Origin: Pseudobutyrivibrio sp.
GTDB taxonomy: Bacteria; Bacillota; Clostridia; Lachnospirales; Lachnospiraceae
Direction of reading: 5' to 3'
Length of the DNA stretch: 41,667 nt
Assembly (NCBI GenBank): GCA_017557715.1
Contig: JAFYYE010000230.1
Coordinates: 1 to 41,667 of the forward strand
Shown in pieces: positions 27,791-35,608 of the stretch. The number at the start of each line of letters is the position of its first letter. Positions within the stretch are counted from its first letter, which is position 1. The position numbers were made by a program, and so were the translations under genes. The notes below the pieces were generated by a model that did not search any database, had not been told where the DNA came from, and saw only the letters and a program-made list of their open reading frames with translations.

Positions 27791-27859
27791 CAAGTTAGAA
27801 GACTTATGATAATATTGTTTTCGCAGGGGAATGAGTTTTTGAAGGAAAGGAGAAGGGCT

Positions 27860-28030
27860 ATGGAATTATTTGTAGAAGACAATCGTGTTTATTGTCCTTG
27901 CTGTGGCAAGCTGGTTATAAAAAAGCTTGCTGGAATGGCAGAGAATAATTGTCCACGTTGTCATGTAAATATTACATGTATTGTAAAGGGGCCAAACTAC
28001 ACTATTATTACATCATTTGGTGAAACTTGA
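27860..28030 (+). CDS. Com-like zinc-finger protein (56 aa)
   Basis: RVYCPCCGKLV......CPRCH resembles the Mu Com family; AAGGAG RBS before ATG 27860. Confidence 0.6.
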   Translation: MELFVEDNRVYCPCCGKLVIKKLAGMAENNCPRCHVNITCIVKGPNYTIITSFGET

Positions 28031-28156
28031 TTTTTTATTTTACATATTTAAATAGAATGAGCTGCTTGTGATAGCGACGAACTGGTCGTAGGAGCCTTAA
28101 GGTCGCAGGCAGGTAGCAAGAGTTTGTGACACGGCTAAGGTGATCAGAGAATTACG

Positions 28157-28221
28157 AAAGGCGGGGCAAAACAGAAGGAAGTATCTAGAGATAGATATTC
28201 TGTTTTGCTTCGTCTTTTTTT
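28157..28221 (+). terminator. Strong terminator/attenuator within a structured leader
   Basis: ggcggggcaaaacagaa / ttctgttttgcttcgtc followed by T7. Confidence 0.8.
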
Positions 28222-28355
28222 GATGCAATAAATAATGCTTCCTTCTGGAGCTCTGAGAGTGATAGAGGATGCATGATTGGGAATGCTATGTAGCAGCTTA
28301 CCCATGACTTTCGGTTTTTGGAACTAATCAATTTTCAAAAATCGGAGGTTAAACA

Positions 28356-28871
28356 ATGAATACAAATAATGAAAACAAAGAATATGAACTTATAAATCTG
28401 GAGTTTGAGTATCCAGGAATTAATGGAGGAGTTAAGTGGGCTGTGATATCGGATTTGCCTATGGAGGAACTGATGAGAAAGTACGGGGCAGAGCTGGAGC
28501 ATTATTCTCCTGTGATACTGCTTTCTGTTGAGCAGGGGGAGGCTTTTAAGGAGTTTCATAAGAATGAGCATAAGCATGATGTTAGAGATTTACGTCATAA
28601 AGTACCTGTTAATTATGATGAAAATTTACAGGGATATCTTCAGCCATTATATGATATAGCCCCTATTGATAACGAAGCTGTACAAACGGAAGAAATGGAA
28701 TTGTTAAGGGTTGCAATAGAATCGCTACCTGCAATTCAACAGAGAAGGCTAAGACTCTACTTTTTTGAAGGATTAAGTTTTAGGGAAATCGCAAAAATAG
28801 AAGGTGTTCGTTTCTCTAGCGTGGCTAAGTCTGTTGATCTAGCAATAAAAAAAATAAAAAAATATTTCTAA
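28356..28871 (+). CDS. Sigma-70 region-4 domain protein (Tn916 Orf7-like activator)
   Basis: LRVAIESLPAIQQRRLRLYFFEGLSFREIAKIEGV..SSV..S...A.KKIK. Confidence 0.88.
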   Translation: MNTNNENKEYELINLEFEYPGINGGVKWAVISDLPMEELMRKYGAELEHYSPVILLSVEQGEAFKEFHKNEHKHDVRDLRHKVPVNYDENLQGYLQPLYDIAPIDNEAVQTEEMELLRVAIESLPAIQQRRLRLYFFEGLSFREIAKIEGVRFSSVAKSVDLAIKKIKKYF

Positions 28872-28939
28872 ATGGGGAGACAAAAGGCCTTTCTCTGTGC
28901 ATATAAGTGAAAAGGTTTTTTGTCGGACATTGATAATTT

Positions 28940-29200
28940 AATACACATTCATCAGGTACGTTCCTGCATGCTGGAGCCCCAACAGGTACGCCTTGCGCGA
29001 TATAGCCTCACTGGAAAATTGGTAACACCAAACTGGCGATGATACATGTAGGTATAATGATACTTCCGCTTAGCCACAATTATCGTAATGGGAGCGGCCC
29101 GGCGAGACCCGCGGGGAGGATAGAACCTATGGAGCTGTGTTGCAGCCGCCTGATTGAATCCCAGGACTGTATCGGGGTGCGTGGCAAATAGATACGAAAC
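28940..29200 (+). ncRNA. Candidate structured ncRNA between the sigma-like gene and the toxin
   Basis: About 260 nt, visibly GC-richer than flanks, no ORF in track, several short stems (caggtacgttcctg; gctg-tgttg-cagc; ccc..ggg). Confidence 0.45.
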
Positions 29201-29214
29201 TAATGATTTATTCT

Positions 29215-29248
29215 AGAGCGTCTTCTTTCTATGTGAAGGCGCTCTTTT
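29215..29248 (+). terminator. Hairpin plus short T-run directly before the toxin RBS
   Basis: agagcgtcttc / gaaggcgctct-ttt. Confidence 0.65.
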
Positions 29249-29271
29249 ATACATAGGAAAGGAGGAGGCTT

Positions 29272-29655
29272 ATGCTAGTAGTTCAACGTGGAGATATTTA
29301 TTTAGCAGATTTAGGTGAAGGAGTTGGCTCAGAGCAGAGAGGTGAAAGACCAGTTCTTATTGTTCAGAACAATAAGGGTAATATCTTTTCACCTACAGTC
29401 ACAGTGCTTCCTATCACTACAAAGATTCATAAGAGTGAGGGAATGCCTACACATGTGATTATTGATGATCTTAATGTGCTGCCAGAGAAATCAGCAATTA
29501 TGGCAGAGCAGATTACCACTATTGATAAGACAAAGTTAATAAGAAAGCTTGGTATCCTTGACAAACGATTCATGAGCAAGGTTGTAAATCCAAAGCTTTT
29601 AATTCAATTAGGTTTTTACGTGGAGGATAAAGAGGGATGGAAAAAGCATTATTAA
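29272..29655 (+). CDS. PemK/MazF-family toxin with no adjacent antitoxin ORF
   Basis: QRGDIYLADL....GSEQ.G.RPVLIVQNN.GN..SPTV.V.PIT ... EQITTIDK. Confidence 0.92.
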   Translation: MLVVQRGDIYLADLGEGVGSEQRGERPVLIVQNNKGNIFSPTVTVLPITTKIHKSEGMPTHVIIDDLNVLPEKSAIMAEQITTIDKTKLIRKLGILDKRFMSKVVNPKLLIQLGFYVEDKEGWKKHY

Positions 29656-29816
29656 CTCTAGATGAATTTCGGGAGTACCTTGGGATAGGCGAGAACAAGG
29701 CTTTAGAACTTGTTAAGCAGCCACATAATGGATTTAGTTTGAAAATTGGAAACAAATGGTTCATTCATAAATCACGGTTAGATCAGTGGCTAGAGAGCGA
29801 ATGCGACAAGTACTAA
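29637..29816 (+). CDS. Excisionase-like HTH protein, copy 1 (not in ORF track)
   Basis: MEKALLTLDEFREYLGIGENKALELVKQPHNGFSLKIGNKWFIHKSRLDQWLESECDKY; overlaps the toxin 3' end. Confidence 0.8.
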   Translation: MEKALLTLDEFREYLGIGENKALELVKQPHNGFSLKIGNKWFIHKSRLDQWLESECDKY

Positions 29817-29902
29817 GTTGATATCATAGACGAAATTAATGTAATGGATTTTAATATAACCATAACAAGCGCTCGTTAAATAATAATAAGGTTGGTGAAG
29901 TT

Positions 29903-30088
29903 ATGGAAAAAGTATTATTAACATTACAGGAGTTTCGTGAATATCTGGGAATTGGTGAGACCAAGGCCAGAGAATTGGTTAGAGATCCGCGTAATCATTT
30001 TAGCCTTATGATAGGAAATAAATGGTATGTAGACAAGAAAGAAGTCGATGCGTGGATACAGAAAGAATGTAAAAAATATAAACTTTAG
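29903..30088 (+). CDS. xis: Excisionase-like HTH protein, copy 2
   Basis: LLTL.E..EYLGIGE.K.REL.....F..MIGNK..V.K Tn916-Xis-like pattern; directly upstream of the integrase. Confidence 0.85.
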   Translation: MEKVLLTLQEFREYLGIGETKARELVRDPRNHFSLMIGNKWYVDKKEVDAWIQKECKKYKL

Positions 30089-30111
30089 ACTATGAAGGTA
30101 GGTAAAAGCAT

Positions 30112-31365
30112 ATGGGAAAAAATCTAAATGGTAGAGAGTTAGGCAAAGGTATAAGCCAACGTAAAGATGGAAGTTATATGGCCCGGTATGTTGATAAGTA
30201 TGGAGTGAGAAAGTCTTTATATGCTAGCAGCATTAATGAAATAAGACTCAAATTAAAAGCGGCACAATACGAAGAAGAAAATCGAATTGTAAGATATTCA
30301 GATATTACACTTACAAAATGGTTTGATACTTGGATGGAGGTTTATAAAAAAAATGCTGTTAGAGCGGGAACTAAAGCAGGATATTTAAACATTTTTGAGA
30401 AACATATAAAACCTTACTTAGGGGCATATGAAATTGGAGAAATTAAAACCAGTGATGTAAGAAGGCTTATAAATAAGCTAGAAGCAGATGGTTTAGGTTT
30501 TGCAACTCAAAATAGAGTAAAAATAATGTTAGTTGACATGTTTGATAAGGCGCTTATGGATGATTTAATAAGAAAGAATCCAGCCAAGGGAGTTCGTGTA
30601 ATCAATAAAGAAGACTTTGAAAGAAGAGTTTTAACAAAAGAGGAGCAGATCACATTTTTTGAATGCTCAAAAGGTACATATTTTGACAACTTATTCGTAG
30701 TGGCAGTTACCACTGGAATGAGAATTGGTGAGATATGTGCCCTGACATGGGATGATATTAATTTAAAGACTAAGAAGATTTCTGTCACAAAAACACTTAG
30801 TTACAGAAAGATTGAGGGAGATGAAAAGCGTTCTTTTCACTTAGGACCACCCAAGACGAAGGCTAGTATAAGAGAGATTCCTATCAGTCCTAAATGTGAG
30901 GTAGCTTTGAAAAAACAATTCATTCTTAGGAATAACATCATGTCAAATCGTAGATGCAAACCTATAGAGGGTTTTGAGAATGTGCTATTTGTATCTCGAA
31001 TTGGTCGACCTTTATGTGATCAGACCATAATTGACAGCATAGATAAGATTATAAACGAGATTAATTATAGCAGAGATGATGCTGACCAATTTCAGCGATT
31101 ATCTCCACATTGTTTTAGACACACTTTTGCTACTAGATGCTTTGAAGCTGGTATTCCACCTAAAACAGTTCAGCACCTACTTGGACATGCTAGTTTAGAT
31201 ATGACTATGAATCTTTATACTCATGTTATGGATGATAAAAAAGATGAAGCTGTTATAGCACTGAATGATTACTATTTTGATATAGAGCAGCAAAAAGAAA
31301 TTGTTATTGAAGACGATTTCAAAAAAGCTATATCAGATAGTCGTAAAGTAGTAGCCTTTGGATAA
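30112..31365 (+). CDS. int: Tyrosine recombinase/integrase (Tn916-Int-like N-terminal DNA-binding domain)
   Basis: GISQRKDG.Y.ARY arm-binding domain; catalytic TGMRIGE, PKT, HCFRH, LGH, NLYTH. Confidence 0.95.
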   Translation: MGKNLNGRELGKGISQRKDGSYMARYVDKYGVRKSLYASSINEIRLKLKAAQYEEENRIVRYSDITLTKWFDTWMEVYKKNAVRAGTKAGYLNIFEKHIKPYLGAYEIGEIKTSDVRRLINKLEADGLGFATQNRVKIMLVDMFDKALMDDLIRKNPAKGVRVINKEDFERRVLTKEEQITFFECSKGTYFDNLFVVAVTTGMRIGEICALTWDDINLKTKKISVTKTLSYRKIEGDEKRSFHLGPPKTKASIREIPISPKCEVALKKQFILRNNIMSNRRCKPIEGFENVLFVSRIGRPLCDQTIIDSIDKIINEINYSRDDADQFQRLSPHCFRHTFATRCFEAGIPPKTVQHLLGHASLDMTMNLYTHVMDDKKDEAVIALNDYYFDIEQQKEIVIEDDFKKAISDSRKVVAFG

Positions 31366-31465
31366 TTAGATATAAAGAGATATAAAGGCAAATAAATACA
31401 GTTTGCTGATTGTCATATATCTGTGAAATTGCAAAATCCCAGATTTATAAGGAGAAATCGTCAAG

Positions 31466-31683
31466 TGGTGTGCAATAAGAAAAAAACAATCAAAAAAATG
31501 GTGTAAAAATGGTGTATACTATTTACAGTACACCAGTAAGAATATTTTATTTACAGGCTTTATGAGTCTTACAAAAATATTCATGAACATGTTATTACGT
31601 ATATCAGAACACACCTTATGAGTGGAATAAGATTTCGGAGAAATAGTGTATTTACAGGAGTATGACCAAAGCAAAATGGTGTA
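31466..31683. repeat. Candidate att site with (A)TGGTGTA arm-type repeats
   Basis: TGGTGT at 31466; ATGGTGTA at 31498, 31509 and 31676; inverted TACACCA at 31529; TATTTACAGG at 31548 and 31649. Confidence 0.6.
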
Positions 31684-31738
31684 CGAAAAAACTCAATAAA
31701 ATCAGTACATAGAGCAATTTGTAAAGGTTGGGATGATT

Positions 31739-31766
31739 AAGGCTGCCGATAAGGCAGTCTTTTTTT
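31739..31766 (+). terminator. Intrinsic terminator
   Basis: aaggctgcc-gataa-ggcagtctt followed by T-run. Confidence 0.75.
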
Positions 31767-31915
31767 ATGGCAAAAAATAAGGATCAAAAATGAATACTCA
31801 TGCTACTACATATGTGTAGATTATTTTTATTAAATAAATGGGTTATATTCAATTTATCAAATAACAGTAGTTCAATCTAATACGTTATATCAGTTTGAAA
31901 GAAGGAGGTAACGGG

Positions 31916-32620
31916 ATGGTTAAAGTTGGTGATATTGTTTCTTTGGAAAATGAATCAACATATTATGGTGGACAAAAGATTCCTCAGTGGGTACTGGATG
32001 ATAAATGGATTATAAAGTCTATATCAGGAGATAAAGTTATTCTTGGGAAAAATGAAAATGGCTCCCATGAAATAAATAGTCCGGTTAATTTGAAATTCGT
32101 TAAAGAGTATAAGGCTGGAGATAGTGCAAATCTAAATAATAAGCCAGTTGAACCAATCTTGCCTCAGAATCCACAAACTAATCAGGGAGGAATGCAAATA
32201 TCACAAAGGGGAGTTGAATTAGTTGCAAAATATGAGGGCTGTAGATTGGAAGCATATAAGTGTCCCGCGGGAGTTTGGACAATTGGATATGGCCATACAG
32301 CAGGAGTAACACCAGGACAGAAGTTGCCATCAAAAGAATATGCTATGGAGTTACTTAGAGCTGACTTGAAAAAATATGGAAACTCTGTAAATGATTTAGC
32401 CAAGAAGGGGATTATTACATTCCCTATTACACAGAATCAGTTTGATGCATTAACAAGCTTCTGTTATAACTGCGGCGCTGGAAATCTTCAGAAGTTAGTT
32501 TCGGGCAGAAATCCATCTCAAGTGGCAGAAAAATTTATGGCTTATACAAAAGGTGGAGGAAAAGTTTTGCCAGGTTTAGTTAGAAGAAGAGAAGAAGAGA
32601 GAGATTTGTTTCTTAGATAA
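31916..32620 (+). CDS. GH24 lysozyme with an N-terminal SH3-like putative wall-binding domain
   Basis: YEGCRLEAYKCPAGVWTIGYGHT (E-x8-C-x5-T), TQNQFDAL.SF.YN.G, LPGLVRRR.EE..LF; AAGGAGG RBS before ATG 31916. Confidence 0.92.
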   Translation: MVKVGDIVSLENESTYYGGQKIPQWVLDDKWIIKSISGDKVILGKNENGSHEINSPVNLKFVKEYKAGDSANLNNKPVEPILPQNPQTNQGGMQISQRGVELVAKYEGCRLEAYKCPAGVWTIGYGHTAGVTPGQKLPSKEYAMELLRADLKKYGNSVNDLAKKGIITFPITQNQFDALTSFCYNCGAGNLQKLVSGRNPSQVAEKFMAYTKGGGKVLPGLVRRREEERDLFLR

Positions 32621-32637
32621 TTATAAAGGAGAATAAT

Positions 32638-33501
32638 ATGCCTTATCGTAGCAAATCGGATGAAAGCAGTATGGATAAAGATGGTAACAATGAATCAATA
32701 ATGGACAGCGATTTTATACCATTAGATGATTTGGTATATGCACCTCTTTATGCGATTGCAAAATCCAATCAACAACTTAGAGCTGATATACTACAGTCTA
32801 TTCGTGCTATGGGAACATCTAAGCAAAATGGGCAAGAAGAAGTTATTCATATGAATAACATTAATATTGCTTATGACCAGATTAGGCCAGAAGGTGACGA
32901 TGGATACAGTGTTGATAATCTACAGGTGCAAGTTCCCTTATTATCAATGGTTCCTGTAACAAATTTGGGAGTCGATAAAGCTGAAATCAACTTTTCTACA
33001 GAAGTAAAAGCTGTAGATAATCCTAATACTGGAGAGCGGAAGATAAATGCAAGAATATGTTCACCCTCTCAAAGAGAAAGTGATTTCTTGCCAAAAATAT
33101 CATATAAGTTACAGGTTTCATCAATACCGGCTACTGAAGGAATCTTACGTCTAACTGACGCCTTGTCATCTAGTCAGGTGGCGAAAAAAATTGGAAGTAC
33201 ACCTATTGCTATCTCTGGAGATTTTGGCACAGATGAACAGAAGAATATTATTCAGAAAATAAAAGTTCTTAAAGCTAAGATTGGCAAGTTAAATCAGTTA
33301 CATCAGAAGATATCAGAAATGATTGATGAACAAGAGAGACTTCATCAGCTTAGTAAAGATTCTTTTGAGGAAGATACATATGAATTTGATAGGGACAAAT
33401 ACAAGATGGCCCAATCCAATATTATTAATCGAATAATGGAATATAAAGAGGAAATTATGAATATGGAAATATCATATGGCCTTGATAAGGATTATGAGTA
33501 G
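32638..33501 (+). CDS. DUF2589-like protein, paralogue A, with C-terminal coiled coil
   Basis: PLDDLVYAPL.A, VPLLSMVPVTNL.VD..EINF..EV and EGILRL.D align by eye with paralogue B. Confidence 0.75.
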   Translation: MPYRSKSDESSMDKDGNNESIMDSDFIPLDDLVYAPLYAIAKSNQQLRADILQSIRAMGTSKQNGQEEVIHMNNINIAYDQIRPEGDDGYSVDNLQVQVPLLSMVPVTNLGVDKAEINFSTEVKAVDNPNTGERKINARICSPSQRESDFLPKISYKLQVSSIPATEGILRLTDALSSSQVAKKIGSTPIAISGDFGTDEQKNIIQKIKVLKAKIGKLNQLHQKISEMIDEQERLHQLSKDSFEEDTYEFDRDKYKMAQSNIINRIMEYKEEIMNMEISYGLDKDYE

Positions 33502-33730
33502 AAAAAAAGCAAAAAAAGAAATCCAATTGGATAGAGGTGAACTACAAAATGTTCTAGATAACATATGTGAAAATATCAATATTGATAGCATTTGTAACTG
33601 GGAAAATTCAAATAAAGAGAAAGTGATTTTTATAGAGAACGTAACTCTTATGTCCTTTGAAGAGCCAGTAATGGCAAAAAAGAAACCTTGTTTTTTAAGG
33701 CGGATAATCGATTGTCTTTTGCGGTGGTAG
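33494..33730 (+). CDS. Small hypothetical protein
   Basis: Overlaps the stop of paralogue A; AAGGA RBS. Confidence 0.55.
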   Translation: MSRKKAKKEIQLDRGELQNVLDNICENINIDSICNWENSNKEKVIFIENVTLMSFEEPVMAKKKPCFLRRIIDCLLRW

Positions 33731-33781
33731 ATACTATGCCCAAAAGAAAAATAAAAAAATATAGAAAGAGAGGTAAAGCGT

Positions 33782-34957
33782 ATGTCAATTGGACAACAAT
33801 TTCAAGGACTCCCTATGGATCAATTAATTGGTAGTCCCTTGTCAGCAGCAGCAGATGCAAGTATTCGTCTAGCTAATTCTACTGCCGACTTCATCAACAA
33901 AGTTGGATTTGATGCGGAAGGTAATGTTAGAAATGTAGCTTTCAGGTACGAAAAACGCAGCACAAATGACGATGGAACAAGCAACTTGGATGAAATGAAA
34001 GTAGATGTTCCAATGTTGGCTATTGTTCCCATTCCAAATCTACAGGTAGACGAAGTCAATATTCTGTTTGATATGGAAGTAAAACAAAGTGAAAGAAGTG
34101 AAACTGCAGTAGATGTAGGTGCAACAATTACAGGTACAGCACGACTCGGAATAATTAGTGTAAGTGTATCTGGTAGTGTTAGTGCTCATCAGGCAAACAC
34201 AAGAAGTAGTGATAACTCGGCTAAATATCATGTTGATGTTAGAGCTACAAATCATGGCACTCCTGAAGGTCTTGCAAGAGTACTGGACATGATGGCTGCT
34301 AACGTAGCACCTTCCCTTGTAGGAAGTACGCTTAAGGACGGTAATGGTCAGGATCTTTCTGAGCAGGCAAGAATCAAAGCAGAAAAGCTTAAGGCTCTTA
34401 GAAACGAAATTAACCAGATAGAGAATAGACTTTCTGCTGCACAGGATGGACTTTCTGCAAGTATTGTTCAACTCAAGAAGGTTGGTCAGAGTCAGCTTAA
34501 TGTTTATCAGTCAATTATGACAAGTAAAATGAATTCCGTTGATAAGCCTAATGCTGGTACTGCTGAAGGTGGAGGTACAGCTGGTAATTCAAATGAAGCA
34601 ATTGAGAAGTACAGCACAGCTATGGATACAGTTAATCAGAGTTGGAATTCTTTCCAGAACAAGGCTTCTGATGTAATTAAGATGATTGCTGACCAAAAAA
34701 ATGATAATGAAGCTTCTGAGAAAAAGACAGTATCGAATCTGTTTGCCCTTAAGTCTATTAAAGATGATGGAGCGGTTGCTGAGTATGGAGCTGGTGAAAC
34801 ATATTATGATTCACTACTTGTAGCACAGCAAAATGCAGTTGAAAGACAGAAGGTTGTTAATCAAACAGAAAATGAACTACTTACAAAGAAGAATGAGTAT
34901 AGTTCAGCAATATCTGGTCCTTCTCAGACAACACCTGCAACAACTCCAAGTACTTAA
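33782..34957 (+). CDS. DUF2589-family protein, paralogue B, with long helical C-terminal extension
   Basis: QFQGLPMDQLIGSPL.AA..A...LA..T..FI..VGF, VPMLAIVPIPNL.VD.V...FDMEVK, TRSSDNSAKYHV.V.A...PEGLARVLDMM. Confidence 0.85.
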   Translation: MSIGQQFQGLPMDQLIGSPLSAAADASIRLANSTADFINKVGFDAEGNVRNVAFRYEKRSTNDDGTSNLDEMKVDVPMLAIVPIPNLQVDEVNILFDMEVKQSERSETAVDVGATITGTARLGIISVSVSGSVSAHQANTRSSDNSAKYHVDVRATNHGTPEGLARVLDMMAANVAPSLVGSTLKDGNGQDLSEQARIKAEKLKALRNEINQIENRLSAAQDGLSASIVQLKKVGQSQLNVYQSIMTSKMNSVDKPNAGTAEGGGTAGNSNEAIEKYSTAMDTVNQSWNSFQNKASDVIKMIADQKNDNEASEKKTVSNLFALKSIKDDGAVAEYGAGETYYDSLLVAQQNAVERQKVVNQTENELLTKKNEYSSAISGPSQTTPATTPST

Positions 34958-34985
34958 AAGAGATTAAGGGAGGTAAGAGGTAATT

Positions 34986-35273
34986 ATGGCACAACGTAAT
35001 GAGAAGATGACATTTGTTGATGTCGGATTTGTAAAACTCGTCACAGTAGGCAGTGTAAATCCTAATAATCCCTTATCGGATCAGTCTAGGGAATCACAGG
35101 AGAAATATTTGAATCGCTGTCTGAATGATTACCCAAAAGGAATTATTCTATCCAAAGATACAACTATTGGTAGGTATGTGTTGGGGGAACATGAGTTGAC
35201 TATGGAAAAGGTTACATATCATGTGGGCTTTCCTAGAAAACCAATGTGGATGGAAGAAGATGAGGGCGAGTAA
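34986..35273 (+). CDS. Conserved hypothetical protein (95 aa)
   Basis: GGGAGG/GAGGG RBS; in operon. Confidence 0.7.
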   Translation: MAQRNEKMTFVDVGFVKLVTVGSVNPNNPLSDQSRESQEKYLNRCLNDYPKGIILSKDTTIGRYVLGEHELTMEKVTYHVGFPRKPMWMEEDEGE

Positions 35274-35308
35274 ATCTAACATATGCCAATAATAGATGGG
35301 GGGTAAAA

Positions 35309-35608
35309 ATGAAGATTACAACAAATATTGACGAGAGTCACTGCACGATAACACTTGATGGAAAACTTGATACGTCTACTGCGTCATTTGTTCAGGAGAA
35401 ATTCGATGAAATTCCTGCTAATGTATCCCATATAACTGTTGATATGGAGCAGTTGAACTATATATGTTCATCTGGTTTGAGAGTTTTGCTAAAAGAGACA
35501 AAACTAATGAATAATCGAGGTGGAGATGTAGAAGTGATTAACGCAAATGAAGACATTAGAGAAGTGTTTAAAATAACCGGGTTCAATAAAATATTATGTG
35601 TGCGATGA
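35309..35608 (+). CDS. STAS-domain anti-sigma-factor antagonist
   Basis: LDGKLDT.TA, DM..L.YICSSGLRVLL, IREVFKITGF. Confidence 0.92.
   Translation: MKITTNIDESHCTITLDGKLDTSTASFVQEKFDEIPANVSHITVDMEQLNYICSSGLRVLLKETKLMNNRGGDVEVINANEDIREVFKITGFNKILCVR

Larger units (their letters stand above)
26626..31690 (+). mobile_element. Regulation/recombination end of an integrative element; its left end is probably upstream, possibly outside the window
   Basis: XRE, sigma-r4, xis, xis, int order followed by arm-type repeats; no relaxase, T4SS or phage structural genes seen in the window. Confidence 0.75.

Noticed and set aside
27779-27859. TTG-start N-terminal extension of the Zn-finger ORF
   Set aside because: It begins inside the repeat array and crosses the promoter; ATG 27860 has a proper RBS
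28940-29655. Canonical type III toxin-antitoxin system
   Set aside because: No tandem antitoxin repeats, and the toxin sequence is typical PemK/MazF, not ToxN, CptN or TenpN; kept only as a hypothesis
29637-32620. Prophage (integrase next to a lysin)
   Set aside because: No holin, terminase, portal, capsid or tail genes; the lysozyme lies beyond the candidate att site and heads a different operon
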